A stretch of DNA of 64,000 nucleotides, from positions 19,869 through 83,868 of IMG/VR virus record IMGVR_UViG_3300048606_000166; one strand, written 5' to 3'. The stretch comes from a virus (taxonomy: Duplodnaviria; Caudoviricetes). Below the pieces are notes generated by a model. It did no database searches. It saw nothing but the letters and a program-made list of their open reading frames with translations, and had not been told where the DNA came from. Shown here piece after piece: positions 18,533 to 28,550 of this stretch (the first letter of the stretch is position 1; every line of letters begins with the position of its first letter). Both the position numbers and the translations under genes were made by a program.

Positions 18533-19503
18533 TACTCGGCCTCGTTTCCTTTCAGATCGATCGCAAAGACCTCGAAGGATGGCGTGGCTGGCCATCCCCC
18601 GAAACGCGCCACGTCGTAAGCGAAGCCGCCCGGCACGATCGTCCGGCTCGATTCTGCGGCGTAGAGGCCCTTGTACCTGACCCCGTCGTGCACGACGTCG
18701 CACGCGCCCGTCGCCTCGAAGGTGACGATGATGATGACGCGCCGAAAAGCCCCCTGGTCGTCGGTCACCGTGATGCCGATGTGATCGAAGCGGGCGATGT
18801 CGGTGAGGCTCGGCGGATCGTAGACGACGGTCGGGGGCGTCGAATCGAAGCCCGTGTCGGCGCTTCGCTCGACGGTGTTGGCGTCGCGGTTGCCGGCCTC
18901 GTCGCGCGCGCGAACGACGAAGTAGTAGGTCGTATTCGGCGAGAGCCCCCCGACGGCGAGCACCGTCGCGCCGGGCGGCGAGATGTAGGCGGGGGGGTCG
19001 AGAAAGTTCTGCCCTCCGGGAGTGGTCGAGACGTACACGTCGTACTCGATCGCCTGCGGCAAGGAGTTGTCATCGCTCGCCGGATCCCAGCTGAGAAGCG
19101 CGCTCGCGCCGCTCACCGCGACCGCCGCGTCGAGCCCCCCAAAGACCGGCGGCGTCGTGTCGTCGAGCGTGCTTGCCGAGAGCTCGACCGTGTTCTCGTC
19201 GCGGTTCTGCGCCTCGTCTCGCGCCCGCACGACCACGAAATAGGGCGTGCCGACGAGCCGATCCGGGATGACGAAGGAGGTTTCGCCCGGATCGGTCGAG
19301 TACATGAGCTCGAAGTCTTGCCCCGCCGCCGCGTGCACCGAGAGGTCGTAAACGATGCGCGGCTGCGGCGTGATGTCGTCGGTCGCGGGGGCCCAGTGGG
19401 CCGTCAGCGTGTGCACGGTCGCCGCATCGAGCGCCGTGATACCCGCGAACGTTGGCGGAACTGGGTCCCGCCTCCCCCCCCACGCGCCCGAGCCGTACGG
19501 CAT
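18532..19503 (-). CDS. Tandem fibronectin type III domain protein
   Basis: Two units W(A/D)PA(T/S)DD...Y...YFVVVRARDEAxNRDxNTVE. Confidence 0.8.
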   Translation of the reverse strand: MPYGSGAWGGRRDPVPPTFAGITALDAATVHTLTAHWAPATDDITPQPRIVYDLSVHAAAGQDFELMYSTDPGETSFVIPDRLVGTPYFVVVRARDEAQNRDENTVELSASTLDDTTPPVFGGLDAAVAVSGASALLSWDPASDDNSLPQAIEYDVYVSTTPGGQNFLDPPAYISPPGATVLAVGGLSPNTTYYFVVRARDEAGNRDANTVERSADTGFDSTPPTVVYDPPSLTDIARFDHIGITVTDDQGAFRRVIIIVTFEATGACDVVHDGVRYKGLYAAESSRTIVPGGFAYDVARFGGWPATPSFEVFAIDLKGNEAE

Positions 19504-19506
19504 CGC

Positions 19507-20082
19507 CTAGCTCGCGACCGCGCGCCCGTTGGTCGCCGTCGGCTTGATGGCGTCGGGGATTGGCTTCAATGGTTTTTTGACCGCCACCTTCTCGGCCTTC
19601 GGCTGTTGGCCGCCGGGTTTTTGCTTGCCCTTCGGCTTCTGCTTCGCGTCCGCCTTGGCCTCGGCCTTGATCTGCTCAGCGACCGCTTGCGTGCCCTTCT
19701 CGGAGACGGCTTCGAGGTACGGGAGAAAGTCGCCCCCCCCGACGAGGTACTCCCCGATGACGACCTCTTTGCCGTCGCGGTCAGTGCCCGTCTGCGAAAA
19801 GACGCCCCACTTGCCGGTCCTTTTGTCCTGCTCGGGGCCGTGAGGTTCCTCCATCACGTCGTGCAAGAGCTTCCAGTTCGGCTCGTCGAGCGTCGCCCGA
19901 TCGCCCGGCTTTTTGCCCTTCATCTCGGCCTTGATCTCGGCGCCGGCGCGGATGCCGTTACCGTTGTCGTTGAACCGATGATCGGTGCGGATGAGGAAGT
20001 CGACGCACTCGACGAACGGGTACGGGAGGTTGCCGAGTATTTTCACGGTCTCGGGGATCTCGATGTGTCGTAGTTCAGCCAT
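19507..20082 (-). CDS. Hypothetical protein with Lys-rich C-terminal tail
   Basis: GAGGAG SD before ATG. Confidence 0.7.
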   Translation of the reverse strand: MAELRHIEIPETVKILGNLPYPFVECVDFLIRTDHRFNDNGNGIRAGAEIKAEMKGKKPGDRATLDEPNWKLLHDVMEEPHGPEQDKRTGKWGVFSQTGTDRDGKEVVIGEYLVGGGDFLPYLEAVSEKGTQAVAEQIKAEAKADAKQKPKGKQKPGGQQPKAEKVAVKKPLKPIPDAIKPTATNGRAVAS

Positions 20083-20196
20083 GGCTTTTCTCTCCTCGAA
20101 GCGGAAGGCCAAGAGGCCGCTGCTCAGCGTCGTTCGACCGCTCCGCACGCCTTCTCAGGTAACAGAAGCCCATCGCAAGCGCCCACCCCCCCCGGC

Positions 20197-21045
<849 letters not shown>

Positions 21046-21058
21046 TTCCCCCCCCCGC

Positions 21059-24000
21059 CTATTGAATGAACCAGTTGGTGCCGTTCGATCGGACCGTCCA
21101 CGCGCCCCAGTTGGTCGAGAAAACGTAGGAGGCGGCGATCCCCATGATCTGCTCGGCCGCGGCGCGAACGAGGGTGATGTTGTTCGTCCCGCACAAGCCC
21201 GAGATGTCGATGAGGACGACCGTGCGCGCAGCGGCGGGCGTCGGCAGCGTGATCGCGCGCGGCACTGTCGTGTCGACGAAGACGATGTAGTCGGCGCCAT
21301 TGCTGATGGTGACTGGCGTCGTCGTGACCGTGAGCGTCTGAAAGCCGCCCCCGCCGAGCTGCACCCACGCGCCGTTCGTGCGCACGTAGATCGAGCCGTT
21401 CGGCGAGCCGCTGCGAAAGTAGGCCGAGCCGTCCACCTCGGCCGCGGAGGGCACGGCCGTTCCCTCCGTGATGGTGACGACGCCGGTTCCGATCACGAGG
21501 CCGACGGTCACCTTCGCGCTGCCGATGACATCGAGTGCGAAGGCGGGTGTGGTCGCTGCACCAATCTTGAGGCCCACATCATTGAGGCGCGCGATGCCGA
21601 CGCCCGATCGGACGAAGTCGATGACGCCAGCGCCTGGAACGCTAAGGCGCGTGTCGGTGTTGCCGTTGCCCCAAAGCGTGGTGTTGGTTGCAGACGGCGT
21701 GATGTTGCCGAACCAGATCGCGCCATGCGTCGTGGCCGAGCCGGTGAGGTTATCGGCGAAGACCTTGCCTGTGGCGGAACCGGCCGTCACGCGGCCTCCA
21801 ATGATCGCGCTACCGACCACCTCGAGCATCGCGGTCGCCGCCGACTCCGCTCCAATCTTGAGGCCCGTTGAGTCCCAATACCCGCGACCGGTGTTGGCCG
21901 TGCGAAACCGGATGTTGGCCGGCCCATTGATCATCGTGTAGGTCGTGCCGTCCCCGCGAAGCGAACCGTTCGTTCCCGATGGCGTAATGGGGCCGAACCA
22001 GATTGTGGCATCGGACGACGGAAAGGTGATGTCGCTGTCGATGACGACCTTGCCCGCACCGACGCCGATCTTCGCGCGACCGATGACGTCGAGCATCGCC
22101 GTTGCAGCAGTGTTGTCTCCAACGCGAAGACCTGTCGTTCTCCAAGTTCCAATCTCGCTATTGCTGATCGTGAATCGAAGATAGGTCGTGCTGTTCAGCG
22201 ACGTGTCACCACCATCTGAACCGTACAGCGCGTAATTCGCCGCACCAAGCACGGCCTGCGTGCCTAAGTAGATAACCCCGTGCGATGTTGGTGCCGACGG
22301 GTGACTGTCCAGAACTACCTTCCCCCCGCTGACCCCGAACTTCGCACGGCCGACCACGTCTAGCTTCTCGGTCGCGGCCGTCGAGTCGCCGATGCGGAGG
22401 CCCGTCGCGTTCCACGTCCCCTTGTACGTGCCAGCTGTGGTGATAACCCGAAGGATGTCTGCATTCAGAAAAATGCCGTTGATGGTTCCACCGGTGATGC
22501 TCACATAATTATCGTTCGTGGCGACAGGGTTCTCCGCCCTCAGAAACTCGTGCGTGCCGCGCTTGAGGACGAAAGGCCCTGCCTGCGTGGTGCCGGCGCC
22601 CGCCTGGAGAACGAGCGAGCCGCCCGTGCTGGTCGTGCCGGTGGCGTTCTGCGCTTGGATGGTGAGCGTTGCCCCGGTCGCGCCGTTGGTCGTGACGTCG
22701 CGCTGGTAGAACTTCGGCGTGACCGTCGCGGCATCGATGCAGATGCTGCCGACGACGTGCAGCTTTTCCGCTGGGTTATTGCCGGACCCGAGCCCAACAC
22801 CAAACCCGCTAGCCCGGGCGAGACCGATGACAGCCCCGCCAATAATGAAGAGGGTTTCCACTGCCGAGTTGAGTACCGCTACGGAATTGCCGCCGTAGAG
22901 CGTGTAATTCGTGCTGCTCGGGGTGATGTTGCCGAGCCAGAGCCCACCGAAAGCCGTCTCGCTGCCGATGAGACTGCCGATGACCGCCCGGCCCGTCGAG
23001 CTCGTGGTGCTTGCCACCGTGAGCCCGATTGCGCTGATGGTTCCAATCGTGACGCCGCCCCTCTGAAGGTTGAGAGCACCAGGCGCCGTCGTGCCCGTGC
23101 CGGAGGTCAGATTGAGGGCACCGCCCGTCGAGGTGGTGCCGGTCGCATTTGCGGCCTGGATCGTGAGGGCGGCCGCCGTCGCGGCGTTGGTGACGTTGTC
23201 GGCCTGAAAAAACTTCGGCGTCGTGGTCGCTGTGTCGATTTTGATGTTTCCGAGCACCTCGAGCCGCTCGGTCGCCGCCGTGTTGTCGCCAATCCTAAGT
23301 CCAAATGAATTCCAACGGCCAGCTGACACCTGATTGACGACGAAGCGCAGCGGACCGTTGCCGGGCACTTGCAGCTGGACGTCCGCCGTCCCATTGCTGT
23401 AGAGGATCGAGTTCGTCGCGGTGGGGGTGACGTTGCCCATCCAGATCGCACCGAATGTGGCTTCGGACCCGATGAGGCTGCCGATGACCGCGCGGCCGCC
23501 TGCCGGGCTGACTGTGCTGCCCACCGTCAGCCCGATCGCGCTGATGGTTCCAATCGTAACGCCTCCCCTCTGCAGGGTGAGAGCACCGGGCGCGGTGGTT
23601 CCGGTGCCGGAGGTCAAGTTGAGCGCGCCGCCCGTCGACGTGGTGCCCGTCGCGTTCGCCGCCTGAATCGTGAGGGGCTGCCCGGTCGCGCCGTTCGTCG
23701 TGTTGTTAGCCTGCTTGATGGTCGGCGCCACAACCGCCGCGCCCCACTCGATGACCGCCGCATCCCCCGAGACGCGGAGGGCGACCGTCGCGTCGCTCCG
23801 CCGGAACTCGACCAGGTTCGCCGTCTGCGCGGCGTTCGCGACGATGACGACCCCTTGGGTGTCCGCCGCGCCGCCGACCGTGATCCTGCCCGTCGTCGTC
23901 AGGTTCTGCGCGGAGAAGTTTGTCGAGGGGACCCACTTGCCCGAGTGGTTGATGAGCGCCTGGCCCTCGGCCCCGCCCGACAGGCCGATGCTGCCCGCCG

Positions 24001-24625
24001 TGAAGGTGCGCAGGACCCAGCGCCCCGCCTCGCTCGTGTAGGCGGCCGGCTTGAAGACGAGCTCGTCATCGTCGGCCGCGATGCTCGCCGCGTCCCAATC
24101 GAGGATCCCGAGCCCAGGGACGAAGCACGCCTTCTGGCGGTTGCCGATGTGCGCGCGCAGCTCGGTCTTGTCGGCAAAGGTAGGATAGAGGGCGTCTATC
24201 CACGCGCGCGCCCGGTAGTCCCACCCCTTGCTCGTGTCGGCGCCTTCCTTCTGCTCTTCGCCGAAGGCGGGCTCGGTGTGCCCTCCGTCGACGATGTGGC
24301 CTAGCTCGTCGCGGGTGACATTGAAGACGAGTCTGCGGCGGTTACCGGCGGCGACATCGGCATTTCGGACGCGGACCTCGACCTCGTATGGTCCGAAGGC
24401 GTCGGGCGTGACGTCCGCCGGCGTGAAATCGCCGATGACGTGGTGACCGAGCAGCGTCGAGCCCGCCGGGGCGTCGAGGTAGAGGATCTCGCAATTGGCC
24501 TCGGGCCCGTCCGCATCGACGACGAGCGTGAGGGGGTGCCCCTTCCAGATGTCGTCTCGCCCGGTGTCGACCGTGCCGGCCGGCACCGGGTTAGCCGCTT
24601 GGTTAAACCGAAAGTGTGCCCCCAT
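21059..24625 (-). CDS. Long modular tail fibre protein
   Basis: 1188 aa, G/T/A-rich with internal repeated modules; follows the spike genes. Confidence 0.8.
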   Translation of the reverse strand: MGAHFRFNQAANPVPAGTVDTGRDDIWKGHPLTLVVDADGPEANCEILYLDAPAGSTLLGHHVIGDFTPADVTPDAFGPYEVEVRVRNADVAAGNRRRLVFNVTRDELGHIVDGGHTEPAFGEEQKEGADTSKGWDYRARAWIDALYPTFADKTELRAHIGNRQKACFVPGLGILDWDAASIAADDDELVFKPAAYTSEAGRWVLRTFTAGSIGLSGGAEGQALINHSGKWVPSTNFSAQNLTTTGRITVGGAADTQGVVIVANAAQTANLVEFRRSDATVALRVSGDAAVIEWGAAVVAPTIKQANNTTNGATGQPLTIQAANATGTTSTGGALNLTSGTGTTAPGALTLQRGGVTIGTISAIGLTVGSTVSPAGGRAVIGSLIGSEATFGAIWMGNVTPTATNSILYSNGTADVQLQVPGNGPLRFVVNQVSAGRWNSFGLRIGDNTAATERLEVLGNIKIDTATTTPKFFQADNVTNAATAAALTIQAANATGTTSTGGALNLTSGTGTTAPGALNLQRGGVTIGTISAIGLTVASTTSSTGRAVIGSLIGSETAFGGLWLGNITPSSTNYTLYGGNSVAVLNSAVETLFIIGGAVIGLARASGFGVGLGSGNNPAEKLHVVGSICIDAATVTPKFYQRDVTTNGATGATLTIQAQNATGTTSTGGSLVLQAGAGTTQAGPFVLKRGTHEFLRAENPVATNDNYVSITGGTINGIFLNADILRVITTAGTYKGTWNATGLRIGDSTAATEKLDVVGRAKFGVSGGKVVLDSHPSAPTSHGVIYLGTQAVLGAANYALYGSDGGDTSLNSTTYLRFTISNSEIGTWRTTGLRVGDNTAATAMLDVIGRAKIGVGAGKVVIDSDITFPSSDATIWFGPITPSGTNGSLRGDGTTYTMINGPANIRFRTANTGRGYWDSTGLKIGAESAATAMLEVVGSAIIGGRVTAGSATGKVFADNLTGSATTHGAIWFGNITPSATNTTLWGNGNTDTRLSVPGAGVIDFVRSGVGIARLNDVGLKIGAATTPAFALDVIGSAKVTVGLVIGTGVVTITEGTAVPSAAEVDGSAYFRSGSPNGSIYVRTNGAWVQLGGGGFQTLTVTTTPVTISNGADYIVFVDTTVPRAITLPTPAAARTVVLIDISGLCGTNNITLVRAAAEQIMGIAASYVFSTNWGAWTVRSNGTNWFIQ

Positions 24626-24708
24626 GCACCCCCCCGGCCGGAACCTATCATGGTGCGGCTAAGCGCCCACAACTCCGGCCGGTTGCGAATGTGAGAGACT
24701 TTCCTTAG

Positions 24709-24779
24709 GGCACGTTGGAGCAGCGGCAGCTCATCGGGCTCGTACCCCGAAGGCGGTGGTTCGAATCCATCACGTGCCC
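24709..24779 (+). tRNA. Initiator-tRNA-like gene with CGT (Thr/ACG-reading) anticodon
   Basis: GGCACGT-TG-GAGC-AGCGGCA-GCTC-A-TCGGG-CTCGTAC-CCCGA-AGGC-GGTGG-TTCGAAT-CCATC-ACGTGCC-C; full cloverleaf. Confidence 0.85.
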
Positions 24780-24782
24780 TTT

Positions 24783-25556
24783 TCAGCAGGGCGGGTCGGT
24801 CGAAAGCGGCACCGGCCGAGGGAGTTTCGGAAAGCCCGGGATCGCGTCGCGGATGCTCTGCAAGAACTTGATGGCGTCGTCGAACGGCTCGATGGCCTCG
24901 ATGGCGATGCTCGCGATGGGATCGATCGGGATCTTGATGCACTTCTGGCCGATGAGCTCGAGCAGGGTGTTCACCATCATCACGAGGCGGGCGATCGGCT
25001 TGACCGAGTCGTTGAAGTTGATGAGCTGGATCGCGAGGTTCTGCTTCGAGCAGATGAGCGCCGCGGCAAGCGCCGTATTGTTGAGCTTCTGCGCCTTCAG
25101 CTCGAGGTTCACGATGCGCGCCTGCTGGACGATGAGGGCTTGCATCTCGTCGCGAAGGCCGACGAGCGCGACGATGATGGCCTCGAGAAGGGTCTTCACC
25201 ATGACCGGCACCGAGCGCGGCGGGAATGCCTCGGTCAGCTTGTCGAGCTTCGCCCCGAGCTTCTCCAGCAGCGCGAGCAGCTTCGCCGGGTTAGGAGGGG
25301 GCCCCAAGATCCCCGGCACCGCCTTGATGCAATCGACGAGCGCCTGCACGACGTCCATGATGTTGAAAATCGGCGTGAGCGGCGCGAGCGCCGAATTGGC
25401 CTGCGCCATGAGCCCGCGCGTCGCGGCCGCAGCCGAGCCGAGGTGAAGGTGGTCGACCGCGAAGAGCTCGGCGCCGCCCGGAAGGAGCAGCCGGAGCTCG
25501 CCAGGTCCGGGGTTGAGATCCGCGCAGTTGCCTTCGATGAGCGGTATCGGCTCCAT
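24783..25556 (-). CDS. Helical hydrophobic hypothetical protein downstream of the spike
   Basis: Operonic with the gp5/VgrG-like gene. Confidence 0.75.
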   Translation of the reverse strand: MEPIPLIEGNCADLNPGPGELRLLLPGGAELFAVDHLHLGSAAAATRGLMAQANSALAPLTPIFNIMDVVQALVDCIKAVPGILGPPPNPAKLLALLEKLGAKLDKLTEAFPPRSVPVMVKTLLEAIIVALVGLRDEMQALIVQQARIVNLELKAQKLNNTALAAALICSKQNLAIQLINFNDSVKPIARLVMMVNTLLELIGQKCIKIPIDPIASIAIEAIEPFDDAIKFLQSIRDAIPGFPKLPRPVPLSTDPPC

Positions 25557-26146
25557 CAGATCTGGTCCTTCGAGGGGCGCACGATGCGCCCGTTGATTTG
25601 GATTTGTGCCGCCTCGAGCGAGAGAATGCCGTCGGCTTTGAGATTGAGCAGCGAGGTTGCCGCGATCTCGATGCCGTGGCTCTCGAGATCCATAGTGATG
25701 TGGTCACCCGAGACGGTGTTCTCGACGACGACCAGCTGGCCGACCTTGCCCTTGCGAGGGCGCTCGTCGACCGTGATGACGACCGTGCCGAGCTGCAACA
25801 CCTGCACGTCGTGCGCGTCCTTGCCGGCATCCTTCGCCGTGCCCGGCATCTCGCTGCCCTCCTTCGGCCGCACCCCCCAGTTGCTGGCGGCGTAGGCCGG
25901 GCGCTCGACGTCGCCGCCAAGAAACCAGACGATGCAGTCGGCCCCGAGCGCGGGAACGATGTGGCCGCCCCGCTGAGGGGCGCCGCCGCCCATGGTGATG
26001 GGCACCGCCCACGCGGAAGGATCGATGATGCCCGGCACCGCGAGCCGAACGCGGTGAAGCCCCATCGGGTCCGCGCGGTCGACGACGGTAGCCGGCCAGG
26101 CCGAGAAATAGCGAACGTCGTCAGCGTGCTCTTGGGGGGTCGGCAT
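25556..26146 (-). CDS. Baseplate spike, gp5/gpV OB-fold
   Basis: ATVVDRADPMGLHRVRL...WAVP...VPALGADCIVWFLGGDVERPAY. Confidence 0.85.
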   Translation of the reverse strand: MPTPQEHADDVRYFSAWPATVVDRADPMGLHRVRLAVPGIIDPSAWAVPITMGGGAPQRGGHIVPALGADCIVWFLGGDVERPAYAASNWGVRPKEGSEMPGTAKDAGKDAHDVQVLQLGTVVITVDERPRKGKVGQLVVVENTVSGDHITMDLESHGIEIAATSLLNLKADGILSLEAAQIQINGRIVRPSKDQI

Positions 26147-27624
26147 TAGGGAATCGTCCTCGAAACGCCTGCTTGGTTGTCCTCGACTCCGCTCGATGCG
26201 CGCGACATGCCCGCCCCGACATCCGCGACCCCGCCGGAACTGACGGCGATTTGTCGGCCCGCGGTGTCGCGGTAGACCGTCGACGAGCGCCCGCTTTCTC
26301 GGTCGACCGACTCGAGCGGGGTCACCGCCGCGGTGCCGCCGCTCGCTGCGCCGCCCTTCTGGGCGTTGGTCGCGGCCGCCGCTTTGACGCCCTTGCCCTG
26401 GCCCGGCAGCTCGTCGAAGGCGGTCCCCGTGGCGAGGTTACGCCCGTCGCGCCGGAGCTTGAGGACGCACTTGTAGCTCGAGCCGTCGAGGTCGTGATGG
26501 CAGCTGGTGATGTAGTAATTGCCCGAGACCGTCGGCCCGATGCGCTCGACCGAGACCACCGATTTGCCGACGAGGCGCGGATCGCCCCACACCGTCATCG
26601 TCAGCTTGACGGCGAGCAGCTGCGCCCGCTTGTACGCGCCGTCGGCATGGCGCTTGGCCGACTCGGCATTCGCTTCGGTACTCGGATGAATGGCGGCCGT
26701 CGCCGTCGTCTTCGCGAGCGGCTCACTGTGCGTGGTGCCGTCCTCGCGATTGACGATATCGATCACCGGCGCGAGGGCCGTGCGCTCGGTGTTTTTATTG
26801 TTGGCGGTGTAAGAGAAGTCCTGCTTGGTGATGGCATCGCGCCCCATCGCCTTCACCTCGCCCGGCTTTGCCGCCGAGATGTCGTTCTCGATGTCCCAAT
26901 CGATGATGTCGCCCGCGTCGGGGCCCGAGTAATAGATGAAGGTTCGGATCGGTTTTTGCCGCAGTTGCCGCTCGTGAAAGTGAAAGCCGTCGAAGTCGAT
27001 GTACCAATCGAAGCCCTCGCGCTTGGCCATGTCGCGTAGGAGCTGCGCGTCGGTCATGCGCGCCTGGCAGACGTGAGGCTGTACGACTTTGGTGTCTTGG
27101 ATGAAGACGCGCTCGCCCTCGAAGCCGTACTCGAGCGCGACGCGCCGGGCGACGTCGCTTCGCCGCACGTTGTCCCAGGTCCGGATCCGGTGCTCTCTGT
27201 GAAAGAGGATTCCCTTGTCGTAGGCCTCGACCTTCAGCTGCTTGGCCCCGACGACCTTGTGAATGACGGCCTCGCGCGTCGGCGCCATGAGCCCCGGGTA
27301 GCCCCAGCTTGCCTCGATGATGTTGCCCTTGCGCCAGAGGGGCGAGTCGATGAGCGAGAGGTCGAAGTTGTCGACGACGAGCTCGATTTTGTCGACCTTC
27401 GATTCCTCGTCCTCGTACTTGAAAGAGGTAATCCGGTCGGACTGGTCGACGCGCACGCCCTTGCCATCAGGCGCGCGCACTTTGACGGTATAGATCGGGC
27501 TATCGCGCCGCTGCCCGATAGGCACGCTCACATGCGTCACCCTCGGATCGGGCGGCAGCACCGTGAGAAACTGCCCGGCAGGTCCGCCTTTCTTCTTCCT
27601 GCCGCCCCCCCGCCCGCGCGCCAC
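26146..27624 (-). CDS. Baseplate hub / late control D-like protein
   Basis: TDAQLLRDMAKREGFDWYID...FHF; GDPRLVGKSVV...SGNYYITSCHH. Confidence 0.85.
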   Translation of the reverse strand: MARGRGGGRKKKGGPAGQFLTVLPPDPRVTHVSVPIGQRRDSPIYTVKVRAPDGKGVRVDQSDRITSFKYEDEESKVDKIELVVDNFDLSLIDSPLWRKGNIIEASWGYPGLMAPTREAVIHKVVGAKQLKVEAYDKGILFHREHRIRTWDNVRRSDVARRVALEYGFEGERVFIQDTKVVQPHVCQARMTDAQLLRDMAKREGFDWYIDFDGFHFHERQLRQKPIRTFIYYSGPDAGDIIDWDIENDISAAKPGEVKAMGRDAITKQDFSYTANNKNTERTALAPVIDIVNREDGTTHSEPLAKTTATAAIHPSTEANAESAKRHADGAYKRAQLLAVKLTMTVWGDPRLVGKSVVSVERIGPTVSGNYYITSCHHDLDGSSYKCVLKLRRDGRNLATGTAFDELPGQGKGVKAAAATNAQKGGAASGGTAAVTPLESVDRESGRSSTVYRDTAGRQIAVSSGGVADVGAGMSRASSGVEDNQAGVSRTIP

Positions 27625-27974
27625 TAGAGATGCTCCGCCCGCCGCGACTCGGAGAAGATGTCCTCAAGCACCGTGCGCACCGAGGGGATGTGCATGACCC
27701 GGCCGATCTCGAGCTTGATGGTCGGATCGAACACTGGATCAGGCTGGAATTCGGCGATGACCCACCAAAGCTCGGCCGGGTTGTCGATGCCATGCACGTC
27801 GAAATAGCGGCTTGCGAGCGCCCAGAGATTATCGCCCTCGACGACCTTGTGGCGTTGGTTGTCGGGCAAATCCTCGTAGCCGAATGGCTCGGGGTCCGTG
27901 AGAAAAACCGTGCCGTCCTCGTCGGTCACGGCCGAGCAGAAGCGGTAACGCGAGAGCCGCCCGGGCGCCGCCAT
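27624..27974 (-). CDS. LysM/tail X-like protein
   Basis: HKVVEGDNLWALASRYF...LWWVIAEF...IPS. Confidence 0.85.
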   Translation of the reverse strand: MAAPGRLSRYRFCSAVTDEDGTVFLTDPEPFGYEDLPDNQRHKVVEGDNLWALASRYFDVHGIDNPAELWWVIAEFQPDPVFDPTIKLEIGRVMHIPSVRTVLEDIFSESRRAEHL

Positions 27975-27975
27975 G

Positions 27976-28545
27976 TCAGCCGCTCCCCTGCACGACGTCG
28001 TCGAATTCGAGGCCGAACTGCAGCATGTCCTCGAAGGTGATGCGCCGGCCCCAGTCGATCTCGAACGAGAGCTTCGCCGAAAAGAGCGTCGGGGCGCCCT
28101 CCTTCGAGAAGCGCTTGTGCCCGAAACTCGTGCCTGTCAGCTTGCCGACGATCGAATACATCCGCGGCCAGAAGATGAGAATTCGGGAGGGCGCGCCGGA
28201 AAGAACGTCCTGCGCCCCCCGCACCGGGTAGTTGCACGCGATGAGAAATCGCCGCGCGAGCTCCGGACGGACCTTGCCGTCTGGCGCAAGGTCGGTGATG
28301 GGCCCCGAGCTCGCGATGTCGCGAAGACTCTTTTGGTCGAAGCCGAGGTCGAAGGAAATCTTGGGGTTCGCGGTGTGGCTGAACTGCATCGGCTCGTACG
28401 ACTGGCCGAGGATGGCGAGCTTGCCATAGACGGCGGCGAACTCCTCGCTCACCTCGTTCGGGTTGAACTGCGCCGAGATCATCGACCCGCTCTTCAAGTG
28501 CGTCAGCGTGATGCGCTCTGGTTTCAGGTCGGGATCAGCCGGCAT
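27976..28545 (-). CDS. CIS-type tube initiator protein
   Basis: AQFNPNEVS...QF...ISFDLGFD...PSRILIFW...F...GAP pattern. Confidence 0.7.
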   Translation of the reverse strand: MPADPDLKPERITLTHLKSGSMISAQFNPNEVSEEFAAVYGKLAILGQSYEPMQFSHTANPKISFDLGFDQKSLRDIASSGPITDLAPDGKVRPELARRFLIACNYPVRGAQDVLSGAPSRILIFWPRMYSIVGKLTGTSFGHKRFSKEGAPTLFSAKLSFEIDWGRRITFEDMLQFGLEFDDVVQGSG

Positions 28546-28550
28546 CGGGC

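Noticed and set aside
21059-24625. Diversity-generating retroelement (TR/VR pair) in the tail fibre repeats
   Set aside because: Repeat differences are not adenine-specific and no reverse transcriptase is seen in the window
24650-24700. Additional tRNA upstream of the CGT tRNA (minus strand ends in ...CCGCACCA)
   Set aside because: No T-loop or cloverleaf can be formed
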